NCBI GenBank assembly: GCA_963693365.1
Contig: CAVNZM010000002.1
Coordinates: 10,410,328 to 10,474,327 of the forward strand
DNA from: Amoebidium appalachense
Lineage: Eukaryota > Protista > Ichthyosporea
Reading direction: 5' to 3'
DNA: 64,000 bases
Below, one piece after another: positions 1 to 20,366 of the stretch. The notes beneath the pieces were generated by a model. The model did not search any database. It worked only from the letters and a program-made list of their open reading frames with translations, and was not told where the DNA came from. Numbering within the stretch: the stretch's first letter is position 1; each line of letters starts with the position of its first letter. Both the position numbers and the translations under genes were made by a program.

Positions 1-520
1 AGCTGGTATCCATGGGCGACCGGTGAATCATGGAATAGATTTGTACACAATAAACGGCAAAAAAACAACAACGTTCACATGAAGCTATTGAGCAGATCTA
101 TTGCTACTGCAGAGGAGAGGTCCTACCTCTCTTAGTTAGGGCCTGCAAACAGCCGAGACACATGCCATTCAGTAACATTACTTAATATTCCTGTGTGCCG
201 TGTTGCATGCGCATGGACCAGATGTGTATGTGTGCATGCACGTGTGACGACGTTGTATGTACATGTATGTATGTGTGTGTGTGTGTGCACAGACTCCGCG
301 GCTGTGTGGGAGTGCACATGTGCACGTGTGCTTGTTTACACACGTCTTTTTCTGTGTATGATTACTTACTACAAGGGCGTGTGTGCCTCCTCCGTGTGCA
401 CATGCATATGTGCGCCGCACGCTGCAATATAATTGATATTGTGCATCATTTATTATTTATTAGGGCTGTACATGTATTCCGTGGTGGTGCACACACATAT
501 CTTCAGAGAGGCTCTCTCTC

Positions 521-832
<312 letters not shown>

Positions 833-1744
833 TGAGAGCTTCGAAAGCCCCCCGGCCCCGGGCCGGCAGGGGCTGGACCGGTGCGGCGGTGCCCCCTTCA
901 GGGCCGGGCACCAATCAGCAGTCTGGAATCCCCTAATGCAGCCAATCAACAAAGCGGTGTTTATGCGTCTGTTTTCTTCCGTCGACGAAGGGATTTAACG
1001 TTTGACGTATCTGGTGGTAAGTACATTATTTATTCATACGGAATGACCACTACATGTCGTTGAATGCATATGGAAAACAAAATTTAGATCTCGAAGCAAG
1101 ACACTTGAACTAAAATCATTTTTATGGAATGTCAGTGAGTGACCACTGGCACTGACGACGGCCTTACTTACTAAGTTACAAGTACCAATCTGTCCAATCA
1201 GAACGTCTGGGAAAAAAGCATTTACGATCGCTGCTAGAAGGCAAGCGATTGGCGACATGTCATGGTGAGCAAAAAGGCGAGGCCACATGTCACCTCGTGC
1301 ACTGGCGCACTGCAGGTGCTGGAATGCAGAGCATGAGTCTACTACGTATCATATGTCTCCTTGCCAACAGTTTGCATACGTTCTATAATATTCTTATTTA
1401 CCAATGAGTTATAAAAAGGATAGAGTTTTTTTGTCAATCTCTCTTTTCTATGCAAGTATATACAGTATAAGATGACACGCAGTTGTACGCGTGATCTACA
1501 AATTGCGCATGCCGCGCCATCATGATTCTGCACAGCGGCCCTCGATGCATACATCTATAAAAACAGGATTATAGTGCAATGAAAAACTTTTCATTAACAG
1601 CCATTCAATACATGCCCATGTCCTCTCTGCTTGAAGCACTAAAAACGGCTGCTCGATATTGACCGACTCACCAGCTTGTCGTGTGCCAGTGCTCGCGGTT
1701 CCACTGTCATCGCCTGTGGCTCTTTTTTTCTGGCCGGTATTCCT

Positions 1745-1788
1745 ATTGGTGGATGAAAATTTATGGATGTCCCGAAAGGGTATAAAAA
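1745..1788 (+). promoter_or_regulatory. Candidate core promoter of the ATP-grasp gene (inverted CCAAT plus TATA box)
   Basis: ATTGG at 1745-1749 and TATAAAAA at 1781-1788, about 200 nt upstream of the ATG at 1982. Motif match only. Confidence 0.3.
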
Positions 1789-1981
1789 CACTGCCCAGCA
1801 CCATTCTTCATTCCACGTCAGTCTCACTTCAGAGTGCATCGCGGCAACTGTTGCCAACACAGGGTGCTCGTCTAAATCAAACTCAGAAGCTTTTTTTGTT
1901 CGCGGTCGCAACCTCTGCAGTGTAATCTTACAACACGTCTTTCACGGCCTAAACACACAACATACACGTCTAAACGCAACA

Positions 1982-3460
1982 ATGTCTTCCCTCGACATCC
2001 AGTCTCTTCTTCAGGCCAACGCCGCCGACACCGCCACACAGGAGGCACGGAAGGCTGCAGCCAAGGGCAAGCGTGTGCTCTGGCTGACGTGCTTCTACAC
2101 AGCGGGCTTCTTCGAAGGCCTCAAGCCCGTTATCAAAATGTGCGCCGACATGGGCCTCCGCCTGTTCGTTGTCTACGGTCTCTCTGAGGCCGACCGCGAG
2201 CTTGTGGGCCGCATGGCTGCAGCTGGATTTGCCAAGGAGGGGGATGCGCTGTTTGCCGACATGGACGGGGACGATGCGGCGGCCAACGTGTTCAGCGCCA
2301 TGCAGGCAAAGGGCGTGACCGTCGACGGCGTCTTCTCCCCCCACGAGCACTGCCAGACGCTGGTCGGCGAGCTGGCCGAGCTGCTGCAACTGCCCGGCAA
2401 CACCAAGCAGAGCTACGTGCAGGCACGCGACAAGCGCATTTCCCGCGACGTGTGCCGCGCCACCGGTGTCCCGGCCCCAAACTATGCCTTCGTCAACGAA
2501 CGCGATGAGCTCAAAGAGATTGGTGAGCGCATCGGCTACCCCCTCGTGCTCAAGCCAACCAGCGGGGCGGCATCTGCAGGGGTGCACAAGTGCGGCAGCT
2601 ACACGGAGCTGGTGGACAAGTACGACCAGGTGGTCGAGGAGCTGCGCACCAATCCCCTCTTCTTGTGGAACCCGGGCTGCACGGTGGGCATGCTGGTAGA
2701 GAACTACATTGACGGCGATGAGTTTGACGTGGACCTGCTGCTGTGGGAGGGCCAGCTGGTGTACGGTACGTGCAACGACAACTGGGCCACCATGGAGCCC
2801 ACCTTCCTCGAGACCGGCTCCAACTGCCCCACCCTCTACCCGGCCGACAAGCGCCAGGAGCTCATCGACTATGCGTATTCGTGCGTCAAGGCCCTAGGGT
2901 TCGCGCAGGGCTGCTTCCACGTCGAGTGCAAATACACAAAGGACACGCTGCAGCGCACCCTCCCGGACGGCACACATGCCGGCCAACCCATGCTCATCGA
3001 GGTGAACCCCCGCATGGGTGGTGCCCGCACTCGCCTTCTCTACCAGGAGGTGTATGGCGTCGATTTGTTTGAAAATTTTGTGCTGTCGGCCTGCGGCATC
3101 CCCACTAACCCCCCACGTGCGGAGGAGCCTCTCTGCGGGATGGCCGATTATGCCTTCTGTGCGGAGAAGACAGGTGTTTTGTTGCACACTCGCTTCCTCG
3201 ACCACATCAAGGAACACCCCAACGTCATGCTGTGCAGCACGCTGAAAAAGGCCGGAGACCAGGTTAAGGGGACAGACACGGGGATTCCCGAGTGGGTGGG
3301 GTTTATCACGGTTAAGGCGGACACGGCGGAGGATGCGGTTGAGTTGATTGTGGAGTTGGTGCGGTCCGTCGAGGTACCCATCCTGGCTGCCGGGGAGACA
3401 AAACCAAACGCAAATGTCAGTGGGTCGGCCACGACCCCTGCTGTTGCCTCTGCAAATTAG
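1982..3460 (+). CDS. Intronless ATP-grasp amino-acid ligase, carnosine synthase (CARNS1)/L-amino-acid ligase-like, 492 aa
   Basis: ATP-grasp motifs ARDKRISR, IGYPLVLKPTSGAASAGV, MLVENYIDGDEFDVD, DNWAT...ETGSNCPT, FHVECK and LIEVNPRMGG. Strong GC3 bias begins at ATG 1982; the extension back to 1763 looks like UTR. Confidence 0.9.
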   Translation: MSSLDIQSLLQANAADTATQEARKAAAKGKRVLWLTCFYTAGFFEGLKPVIKMCADMGLRLFVVYGLSEADRELVGRMAAAGFAKEGDALFADMDGDDAAANVFSAMQAKGVTVDGVFSPHEHCQTLVGELAELLQLPGNTKQSYVQARDKRISRDVCRATGVPAPNYAFVNERDELKEIGERIGYPLVLKPTSGAASAGVHKCGSYTELVDKYDQVVEELRTNPLFLWNPGCTVGMLVENYIDGDEFDVDLLLWEGQLVYGTCNDNWATMEPTFLETGSNCPTLYPADKRQELIDYAYSCVKALGFAQGCFHVECKYTKDTLQRTLPDGTHAGQPMLIEVNPRMGGARTRLLYQEVYGVDLFENFVLSACGIPTNPPRAEEPLCGMADYAFCAEKTGVLLHTRFLDHIKEHPNVMLCSTLKKAGDQVKGTDTGIPEWVGFITVKADTAEDAVELIVELVRSVEVPILAAGETKPNANVSGSATTPAVASAN

Positions 3461-4256
3461 TTTCTAATTCTCCACGATTTTTTTTAAAACACGCTTAGAT
3501 CATTAGTTCTGGTGGCATTTTAAATTTGTGCGGCAAGGTATCCTTAGGTAAGGTTAACATTGTAAATATGCCACAGGTTTGAGACGCAAATACGAAGATA
3601 TTTTAAACTCAGACACAACCCATGTTAGCATACAGTATAGCCTGGAGCAACGTTAACCATGTGGAACGTATGAACATACACAGTGTAGTGTGTTGATCCA
3701 TGAACACACTCCTTGTCATAGTATTAGGCTGGAGAGCCGATAGTGGTCCGCCGTTTTAAGCGCGGGATAATAACAACTAAAATAAGCAAGTAGCGGCCTG
3801 TGAGCTCGCTGCCACTCTTACATCTGACAGCCATTTCCCCCTGCCTCCAAACATGAATACCCCCTGCGGTATCTCATAAAAATATTGTCTCTCCTTGTCT
3901 TCCAACTGGTACATACATCCCTATCACACAACATATACTGTGGGTACAATAGCACGTAGGGGATACAACATGCACACTGTCAGCAGGAATCCACGCACAC
4001 GCACACCTATACGTGAATAACTGGATGCACACCGCCTCCCCCCCCCCCCCCCTCCTCTCCCCCTTCCGTCACACACACACACACACGCGCACACAGACAA
4101 ACACAAACACACACACACACACGAACGCACGTGTCTAGACAACACATACACTCTGACGCACGTGCACGCCTGCGCACGTGCACACACACATGCACAGGCA
4201 CCCACGCACACGGAATGCACGCACACATGCATGCACAAACACACACATACGTACGC

Positions 4257-4314
<58 letters not shown>

Positions 4315-4857
4315 GTGCGTACGTGGTGCAGAGAGCATCCTACACAACACGTCCAAAAAACACACTCCGGTTGAGTGAAGGGGGCTCGCTAAATTTCGTG
4401 ACACCTTAGACACACATCATCGGTCTATATTAAAACCTGCTCAGCAAGTCCTAACCCCGATATTAAGTCACCACACAGACAACATGCGGGGGTATAGGGC
4501 AGCATGTGGATGCGCACACTGGGGTGATGGATGGTGTATCATGTCTGGGGGGGATAGGGGGGAAGGGTGGAGGATGGTGTGTGTGTGTGTGTGTGTGTAT
4601 GTGTGGTGGGGTGGGGTGGGGGGAGGGGATGTGTGTGTGTGTGTGTGTCGAGGGCTGGGAGGGGGGAGGATGGTGTGTACATGTGCGTGTGTTGAGGGGA
4701 GGGGGGGTGGGGGTGGGGGGGGGGGGGGGGGAGATGGAGGGGGGAGAGGGGGGGGGGGGGGGGAATGGGGTGTGTGTGTTTGTGGGGCAGGATCATGTAT
4801 ATGTGTTTGTGTGTGAGAGTAGGGGCAGGGGGATGGTGCCTCTGTGTATGTGCATGT

Positions 4858-4916
<59 letters not shown>

Positions 4917-5313
4917 TGTTTGTGTTGTTTTTGTGTTGGGGGGGGGGGGGGGAGGGGGATGATGTGTGTGTGTGTGCCCCCCGGGGGGGGGGAAAGGGAG
5001 GGGGAGGGGGAGGAGGGGGGGAAGGGGGGAGTGGGGACATCTGGCGAACTAGTGAAAACCCAAAAATTTAAAATGGAATCTCGGTCCCAATCAAATGGCT
5101 CAAAAACTCTAAGTGCATTCTCGGGCCCGATCAGATCATCGGTTTTCAGCTTATCCGATCGCCCCGGCTTATCACTATTTGGCCCTATGGAAGGGAATGG
5201 TGTGTATGTGTGTATGTGTGTGTGTGTGCGCGCACGCGTGTGTGCGTTTTTGGGGGGAGGGATGTTGTGTGTATTAGGGGTGGGGTGTTGGAGTGTGTGC
5301 TGCGGGGGGGCGG

Positions 5314-5347
<34 letters not shown>

Positions 5348-5702
5348 ATTTGTTTGTGTGCGTAGAGGGCACCCGGTGGGGCGAGGGGGAGGGGGAGGGG
5401 GAGGAGGCTTGGGGGAGAGGGGTTGGGGGGGGAGGGAGGGAGGGGGGTAAGGAAGAGGGTAGGAAAGGGGGGGGGGGGGGGGTTAGCAATACACCCCTGC
5501 TATGTGGATGGCTAGCGACCAACTTCGGCGGTAAAGGGGCCTTCGTCACTGTGAGTGCTCATGTTAGTGGCCTGACAGGAGGGTGGTGGGGAGGGCCAGA
5601 GAGGGCCCCCATAGGGCAGGGGGGGGGGGGAGGGGGGGGGAGGGGAAGGGCGGGAGGGAGAGGGGGGGAGGAGGAGAGGGTGGGGGGGGGGGGGGGGGTT
5701 GT

Positions 5703-5917
5703 ACCTGCATGCCTATCACTTTTATAAGTTGATCTGCCTGCATATCTACCACTTTTATATGTTGGTCTGCCTGCATATCTACCACTTTTATATGTTGGTC
5801 TGCCTGCATATCTACCACTTTTATATGTTGGTCTGCCTGCATATCTATCACTTTTATATGTTGGTCTACCTGCATATCTACCACTTTTATATGTTGGCCT
5901 GCTTGCTTATCTACCAC
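5703..5917. repeat. 33-bp minisatellite, about 6 copies (GTTGGTCTGCCTGCATATCTACCACTTTTATAT)
   Basis: Visible tandem unit; translates as the repeating 11-aa MQADQHIKVVD artefact. Confidence 0.93.
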
Positions 5918-6628
5918 GTAAACGTTATCCTATACATACGTAAGTATCTACCGGATGTATACTCTCCTGTATCATGGATATCGCAGATATGTCAGCCTAT
6001 ACATGTTTCTACTGTACCACCACAGATATCCTAGTCTACATATGCATCGACAACAAAAGGTGCCGCCTATAGAAGAAAAAAAACAACCCCGAAGGGAAAA
6101 TACCATGAGATACCCCCTCCCTCCCCCCCCCCCCCCCCCCTCTCCCCGAGGTGCGCGGCTGGCTGGAAATCCTTCTTCTTAAACCTTAAGGGAGGACTAC
6201 ATTTGGAACAGAAGGGCTATTAGTTTGAGCCTATTAAAAAGGCAACCCCTCACGACTATGGGGGGGAGGGGCGGAGGGGAGGTTGTGTGTGTGTCTGTGT
6301 GTTTTTGGCCGGGGGGGGGGGGGGGGGGGGGGGGGGGGAGGGGGGGGGGGGGGGGGGTCACGCTGAGCCCCGAGCCCACCCCCAACCTCCCCTAGAATGG
6401 GGGGTTTTTTCTAGATTGCAAGCGGAAACCTTCACCTCCACCCTTCCCTTTGTACACACAAGCGCACCCATATCCACCCTCCACCCACCCAGTGGCACCC
6501 ATCCAACGACCCACCGGGCCCCTCAGGTGACCGGTGACTTCCCCCTCCCTTCCCCCCCCCCCCCCCCCCTCCCTCACAGAGTCCCCGGATCCCCTCCCCC
6601 TCCCCCCTCCCCCTCCCCCCCCCCCCCC

Positions 6629-6660
<32 letters not shown>

Positions 6661-6788
6661 ACACCCCCGCTCGGCTGCTGGGGAGCTCCCTCCTATACCC
6701 AGTAAAGGATATACTACTGCCCCCTTTAGCGAATATTACGCTATAGGCCAGTATTTACTATTTGGAGCGCGTGCGGGTATGTGTGTCC

Positions 6789-6925
6789 GTGTGGTGGTGT
6801 ATATGTGCATGGAAGGGAAAACAAGTGTTTTTTTTTCTTCTGTGTGTGACACTGTGTGTGGTGGTGTATATGTGCATGGAAGGGAAAACAAGTGTTTTTT
6901 TTTCTTCTGTGTGTGACACTGTGTG
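6789..6925. repeat. Tandem duplication of about 67 bp (2 copies)
   Basis: GTGGTGGTGTATATGTGCATGGAAGGGAAAACAAGTG...GACACTGTGT starts at 6791 and again at 6858. Confidence 0.88.
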
Positions 6926-7690
6926 TGTGCGTGTGGGTGGGTGGGTGGGTGGGGAGGGGGGGGAAGGGTGGGGGGGGGGGGAGGAGGGGAGGGGGGGGGG
7001 GGGGGGGGGGGGGGGAGAGGGGGGAGGGATGGGGGAATGATTCTGTGAGAGGGTGCACATGATCATTAAAACAAAAATAAGGTTGTTGCATTGCAACACA
7101 GTAAAATGCAAGCATATTGTTGTGCCGTACATTTGAGGAAATCCGTAGTGTGCGCCCACAGCGAGCAGCCACAGCAGCCTGCATTTTTGGATGTGCAAGA
7201 GTGCATGCTGGATATATTACACATGTTTGCTGATAGATCGACCGAGCAAAGAGATGGTGGTGGTTCAGAGTATGGTTGGCGGGGAGGGGGGCAGGGGGCT
7301 GGGCGGGATAGTAGCAGAGGAGGGGAGGGGGCCTGGGAGGGGGCCCGGGAGGGGGGAGGGGGGGAGGGGGGAAGGAGGCATCAAACTTCGGTTGGTGCAA
7401 AGCTCCCGAAGAAAAAACGAGCCATAGACGGATGATCGAGGACTCACGGTTCGTGTTGTTTGATCACTGATCTTCCGTGCCTCGAGTAAACAGTGTAAAC
7501 TCCCCCTGCCACCTATGTTCATACTGCCAGCCAACTGCTTTGCAACGGATAAACTCGTTTGTACCGTTTCGGATACTTTCGGGGAACACACACCCGTTAA
7601 GCCCCCCCCTCAGTCTCCCCCACAAACTCCCCACCCCCGCCCCACATTCCCCCCTGCCCTTCAAAAACGCCAGGAATATAGCCCATCATA

Positions 7691-7732
<42 letters not shown>

Positions 7733-7974
7733 ACTATGGCCATATGCCCCCCCCCCCCTCCCCCCCTCCCCCAAACCCCCCTCCCCCTCTCCCTCCTCCC
7801 CTTCCCCCCGCTTCCCCCTTCTCTCTACCCCACCCCACTCAAAGCTTTCGATTCGACCCCCTTCATCTTTTCCCATAAGAAGGTTGTACTCCGACCCTCC
7901 TCGTTTGAAGGACACGGGCCCGACCCTAAGCACTAATTAGGAGGGGAGGGGGTTGCATTGTCGTGTGGGGGCGG

Positions 7975-8006
<32 letters not shown>

Positions 8007-8039
8007 AGGGGGAGAGGGGGGGGGGGGTGGGGTGGGCTA

Positions 8040-8265
8040 ACTTGGTTACAGGACAGGAAATATTTGTATCGTTTATGATGTTTTGCACTAATATTTTATT
8101 GGACCGTCTCCCCAGGATCTCACACGCATTCAAGCCACATGTGTAGTGCTGAGCGAGACTCTGAAGGCCCGCCAGAATTGCACACTCTTTTTCCAAGTAC
8201 CATGATAGTCGTCGGTGTAAAACTTGCTCAGTGCGTGCAGACTGAGTGCTAAATCTTCCTCTGTC
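8040..8265 (-). mobile_element. Possible decayed non-LTR retrotransposon RT fragment between G runs
   Basis: Minus-strand peptide EQVLHRRLSWYLEKECAILAGLQS resembles the LINE RT segment E..v.rRL.wyLE....L...QsGF. Short and unconfirmed. Confidence 0.25.
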
Positions 8266-8269
8266 CACG

Positions 8270-8301
<32 letters not shown>

Positions 8302-8611
8302 GGGGGGGGGGGGGGGGGGGCTAAACGGCAACATGATTTGTGACGGTAGGGCCGGGAGCGTCGGAGTCAGGGTGCTGATGGGGCCGGAAGAAACCGATGC
8401 CTTTAAATTGTTGGGAGTCGGGAAAGCCAGTTGTTGATTGGCTGGTAGGGGGAAGAGAAGGAGGGGGCCCAGGAGGCGAGGGGGCAGCGCCGGGAGGGAG
8501 GGGAGAACCGGCCCAAGGTTGTCGGTTCCATGTCGTGATTTGCATTGTGGGGGAGAGCGGATAGGGATCGATACCCAATGACATGCCATGCGGGGAGGGG
8601 AGAGATGAAGG

Positions 8612-8652
<41 letters not shown>

Positions 8653-9427
8653 GAGAGGGGGGGGAGGAGGAGGGGGGGGGGGGCTTATCTGTGCCCATGT
8701 ACTGAAACCGTGGGGAGGGGGAAACCTGTGCAAATTCAGTGGAAGGGGAAGAGAGGGAGGGAGGGATGGAGGGAGGGAAGGGGCGAGGGGGACACTTATC
8801 TATGCCCATGTACTGAATGACATTTTTTTTCGTGTGTGATTTCTTTGGGGGGGTTGGGGTTGGGGGTTGAGAGGGGAGGGGGGGGGGGGGGAGAGGGGAG
8901 GGTCATGTATGCCCGTGTTACTGACTCAGAAAGTTGCAATGCGACGAAGGGTTGTGAGCTAGGCCAGAGTCGTAACATTATGTCCATATTTATTTCATTT
9001 CAACTTCGACAGCCACCCAGTAATTTACTTCATTTCCCTACATAATCTGTCACCAAATGCATCTTTTTTCATAGGGGCAGGCTCTGCTGAACCTGCACAC
9101 GCGCCAAATGTGAATGGGCACTGGTGTGTGTGCCAGCCAATAAAAAACAGGCAATAAGTTTAAAATCATGGTATTGCAACGTGCAAGTGTTGGATACATA
9201 GTTGTGATATTGCAAGTGAGGTAAAGAAAAACAACAAAACAAAACCAAAAAACCATTCTGTGAAACACCTGCCTGTGATGCCTCTAATGTATATGACTAC
9301 TATGTACCGCTCCTTCACACGTACGTGTGCAGCCAATCACACGTTGAAATTACCACGCACACACACACACACGCACGCACAGTGTACATCCCCCCCTCCC
9401 CCCCTCCCCCCCTGCCCGCCCCCACAA

Positions 9428-15875
<6,448 letters not shown>

Positions 15876-17469
15876 GTTGGCAACCTACCAAGGAAATGGC
15901 GCGTGTTAGTCGTGTGTAGATGTGAAAAGCAATACCAGGTCCCTTGGGCCTGCGTATCAGGTAGGGGAACTGTTGAAAACACACGTTCAAGCTCAGGTAA
16001 AAAAGGGAACGAATCTGACGCTTGACAAGTTGTGAATCAGCAATAGAGACGTCAGCTCGGCATCGTTGTGGGTATCTTTTGTCTGCAACGGAGGGAAACA
16101 AACATGCGGCTCCCTTTTCTAAAAGTGTTACTGATCATGTAATGCGAGAACAAAAGTGATCCAAATGCTTGTTATTGCCCTCTAAATAACCTACACACAC
16201 ACCTGCAGCTATACTACTTGCAATCACCTAACCAGCCCATTCGGGTGTCAAAAATACCTAATTCGCCTCCCAAGTAGGAAGAAAGAGCCTTCTATAAAAA
16301 AATTTCCCGTCATTCACCTCGGCAGCGTGGCCAACGAAGAGCTGCAAAATAGAGCATCGGTGGATAGCGCGGCTATAAAATGCACAAAAAAAAAAGGTCA
16401 CAAGTGGAAAACGGAGAAAATTTTGAAAACGGTTGGGAAAAGCTTGAACGAAAGGGGAGGGAGCGATTAGCGCACAGAGGACTTTGAACCTACAATAGGT
16501 GCCATGATCTATAGCCAATGAAGTGTGCATTTGGAAAAAGGTAAAGAAGTAACCATTTTAGTAAGCCAAACGCGTTGCGGTCAAAAAATCAAGCTATTGA
16601 CGCTTCGACATGACCCAAAAAGGATATTATGAAATCGCACCCAGCCCAGTGCCCGGGGGGGGGGGGGGGGGGGGGGGCAAGGGGACTGGCTTCTTGCAAG
16701 CAAATGTTATGTGTTGTGTTGTATAGCACGCATGGTTCATCGTAACCAAAAAAACAAAGTCTATGGCCAAAAAAACAAAGTCTATGGCCATACCACCCGA
16801 GGCTCGAGCATGGCGAAGGGTTCGTGGTGTGACTGCTTCCAATGGGCCCTGTGTCAGGGTGACTTGTGTGATGGCACATGGAAGTACATAAGCAATTATG
16901 TTTCTACGTTTTTAAAGTTGGGCTAGAGCGTGCCGTGCCTGCGGGCGGATATGTGGACGTTCGTGTGTGTGCATGGGTACGAATGCAGAAGGGCCGTGTA
17001 CCTGTATATAAGATGGCGTGTATTCCTGCCTACGCAGCTTGCCATGATGCCAATATGTTCCCACATGTTGCAAGTGCACTGCGGCATTCACATCGTGTTT
17101 CACCACACAGGAGCGCATTCCTAGTTCCGGTGTGTGTGCATGTTCATGACACAAGCACTTCTTACAGTGCGTCACCAAGCACGAGCACTTTCATAGTGCA
17201 CGTTTGTGTGAGTATGCATCCCGTGCGACAGTGCACGTATGCGGCTGCACATGCATGACCACTTCATAACCGTAAACCAGCTGCAAGCTCACAGAAAGAC
17301 GTGGCCAAGCCAGCACGGAAGCTTCGAGGGCTACCAAAGTCATATCGGGCCTTGCCCTTTTATAGTGATATTTCTCGGTATATCACATGGGGTAATATTT
17401 TAGTGTGTACCAACAAGTACAATAGTCAAGTCTCTCTACAGAACAAACATTGAATTCGTGGAGTTCAGT

Positions 17470-17850
17470 AGATTATCGAAACTTCGGCCTCATGTCGTTC
17501 TATTCGAACATGAAATGTTCACGACCCTTTGGGCCACACCCAAATTTCACTACAGAGCTGCGATTCTTTTATTTTCGCTGCTTCGATTGACTATAAATGC
17601 AAATATACACACGTAACATTCAAACCTGTTGCCTCAGTAGTTAGAGGGAACACCGCTGTGTGTCAAGCGAACCAACTCCAGTCATTCGTGATGGTTAGAC
17701 ATGAAAAATTTCCGTGGTGTTTCATCTCGTTGGGTATCCAGCGAAGCTATCTGAGCGACTATCTCGTTGTGTCTATGGCGATTGTACTCATTGATATCCA
17801 TTCTTAGCCCTGTCTGATGCCCCGATCTCAATAAAATTCATTTTTAAAAA
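17470..17850 (+). mobile_element. Dispersed repeat, retroposon-like 3' end (copy 1)
   Basis: 17761-17850 aligns by eye with 39446-39539 (TCTCGTTGTGTCTATGGC...ATCCATTCTT.GCCCTGTCTGAT.CCCCGATC..AATAAAAT.CATT...AAAAA) and ends in AATAAA plus an A-rich tail. The upstream peptide ET..HVVLFEHEMFTTL weakly resembles a LINE C-terminal CCHC region. Confidence 0.55.
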
Positions 17851-18000
17851 AGGCTTTCATACATGTACCTGGTGCGCTAACAGAAAACCAGAGGCCTGGT
17901 CACGTAGTTTTCTTGTTTTCTCTTGTGGGTCCTGCAGCTCGTCGTTTCTGTGGCAGGAACCGGAGTTCGAAGTCAGACCCCTAGACTCACAGACACATGT

Positions 18001-18071
<71 letters not shown>

Positions 18072-18525
18072 GAGAGAGAAAGGGTGTGTGTGTGTATGTG
18101 TGTGTGTGTGGGTGAGAGAAGGTGGAAGGTGCGGGGGGGGGGGGGGGGGGGGGGGGGGGGGAGGGGGGGAGGGGGGGGGGGGGGGAGGGGGGTTGCTTTA
18201 GGATGCGAAATTATATGCATGTTAGCGCAGAGGCACAGAAACTTCTCGGTTATGGTAAAACAAAGACATGCAGATTTAAAAACCGTGAGCATATAGCACC
18301 GAAAATGAACATACGATAATTCATGTGTTCCGAAGTTTCACGTGTTGAATATAATATGAAATCTTTTATAATATATACTCACGAGATATCTCTAATATCA
18401 AAATTCACTTGTACATTCATGTCATGGCTCACGAATAACAATAAAGCCATCTAAAAAAAACCTAGGGTGTTTTTGTCACAACAGAATTCGGGTGTGAGAG
18501 AACATGTGGCAGTGTGTGTGTGTTT

Positions 18526-18588
<63 letters not shown>

Positions 18589-18643
18589 GGGGGGTCAAGC
18601 AGGCCAAAGGTGTTTGTGTGTACGTGTGTGTGCGCGCGCGCAC

Positions 18644-18684
<41 letters not shown>

Positions 18685-18859
18685 TGTGTGTGTGTGTATG
18701 TGTTACGGGGGAGGGAGGGGGGGAGGGTCTCCCACGGTTGGCTTGTCAGCAGCACCCTTGCCCTGGCCCAGGAGCTCCCGAAAGATCGGCATCCGTGACA
18801 GGACACATTTCCACACCACCAGCCACCCTGCAAACGTAAACAAGATTCTTAATAATAAC

Positions 18860-19115
18860 ATAGCATATCCTGAAGATTTTTAATACCATCATAGTATATC
18901 ATAAAGATTTCAATACGTTCATAGTATATCCTAAAGATCTTTAATACTGTCATAGTATATCCTGTACCATCATAGTATATCCTAAAGATCTTTAATACGT
19001 TCATAGTATATCCTAAAGATTTTTAATACCATCATCATGAGTATATCCTAAAGATTTTTAATACCATCATAGTATATCCTATAGATTTTTGGATACTATG
19101 TATCATAGTATATCT
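18860..19115. repeat. AT-rich 30-31-bp minisatellite, about 8 degenerate copies (CATAGTATATCCTAAAGATTTTTAATACCAT)
   Basis: CATAGTATATC recurs at 18890, 18920, 18951 and onward. Confidence 0.9.
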
Positions 19116-19538
19116 CTATTTGGGTCTGGCAGAATTGTTTGCCGAAGGGGAAAGTAGCAAGCAGGCAGGAATTGTAATAAGCTAGAGCGCCAAATTTACA
19201 AGCACCAAGGAGCCCAGTAGAGCAATCAGAAGGCCTCCCCCCCCCCCCCCCCCCACCCCCCTCTCTTCCACCTGCACAACTGCGAATTGACTAATCCATA
19301 ATATGCTTGAGGTGGAATAGTGCAAGAAAAAGCAGGCCGTGTAGAGGCATCGACGTACACTATAAGGACACCATGCCCTTGTATCTTTAAGGAAGGCTTC
19401 GAATAATAGGAGTATGTGGGGAGAAGGAAGGGACAGCTTGGAGGCACGAATAAGAGAAAGCAATATTCAAGGAGATGGCGCAGGGGACACCATAAATGAG
19501 GCTAAGACAGAATAGGCTGGGATGCGAACAAACCCGAA

Positions 19539-19569
<31 letters not shown>

Positions 19570-19882
19570 TATGTGGATAGTATGTGTATCTGTTGGTGCA
19601 ATACAGCGCCCGGGGGGGGGGGGGGGTTGATGACTTTTGGTTGGAGGGAGAGGGGTGGGAAGTGGGGCGATGCAGGGTAGGCCTTTGGGAGGAGGAGGGA
19701 GCCAAGAAGAGGAGAGAGATAGGCAAGGAAAAGATGCAGAGAAACGAGAATACCATACCTTATGAAAATATGTCTAAGCGTGAATGTACAGAGTATAAGA
19801 CTCTGAAGAGGAGTCAAGTAGAGCTGAACAGAGAGCGCACAGAGTACAGGAAACAGGGAGGGTGTGGAGAGGTGCCGTCGGG

Positions 19883-19920
<38 letters not shown>

Positions 19921-20327
19921 TTAAAATGATTTACAAAGTACGGAGTACAAGTTCATGACAGACAACCCAATGCCGACTCTGGGGGAGGAAAAAAAACAAC
20001 ACAATGCCCATTTTATGCATCAGAAGTAAAACATCCTCGGGAAAGGGAGGGGGGGAAGGGGGGGGGGGGGGGGGGGGGGGGGGGGGAGGGGGCTGAGTAG
20101 GGGGAGAAGGCGGGGAAGTGGGTGAAGAATATTATCATTGGGGAATTGTAAGAATAGAGGTGCCAAGGCATGGTAGAAGCACAAGAGGGGCAAGGGTGGA
20201 GGCAGGGACGTGGGTGCACGCCGGAGAAGAGATGCTTGTAGGGAACTACTGAAGGAGTGCTCGGAAGGGAAAGGAAAACATGGTGAGCGGATGAACACAA
20301 CGATGCACAGCCGACAGGAGCATAATA

Positions 20328-20366
<39 letters not shown>

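Noticed and set aside
1763-1981. 73-codon N-terminal extension of the ATP-grasp ORF
   Set aside because: AT-richer, lacks the codon bias and contains the TATA-like box, so it is more likely promoter and 5' UTR.
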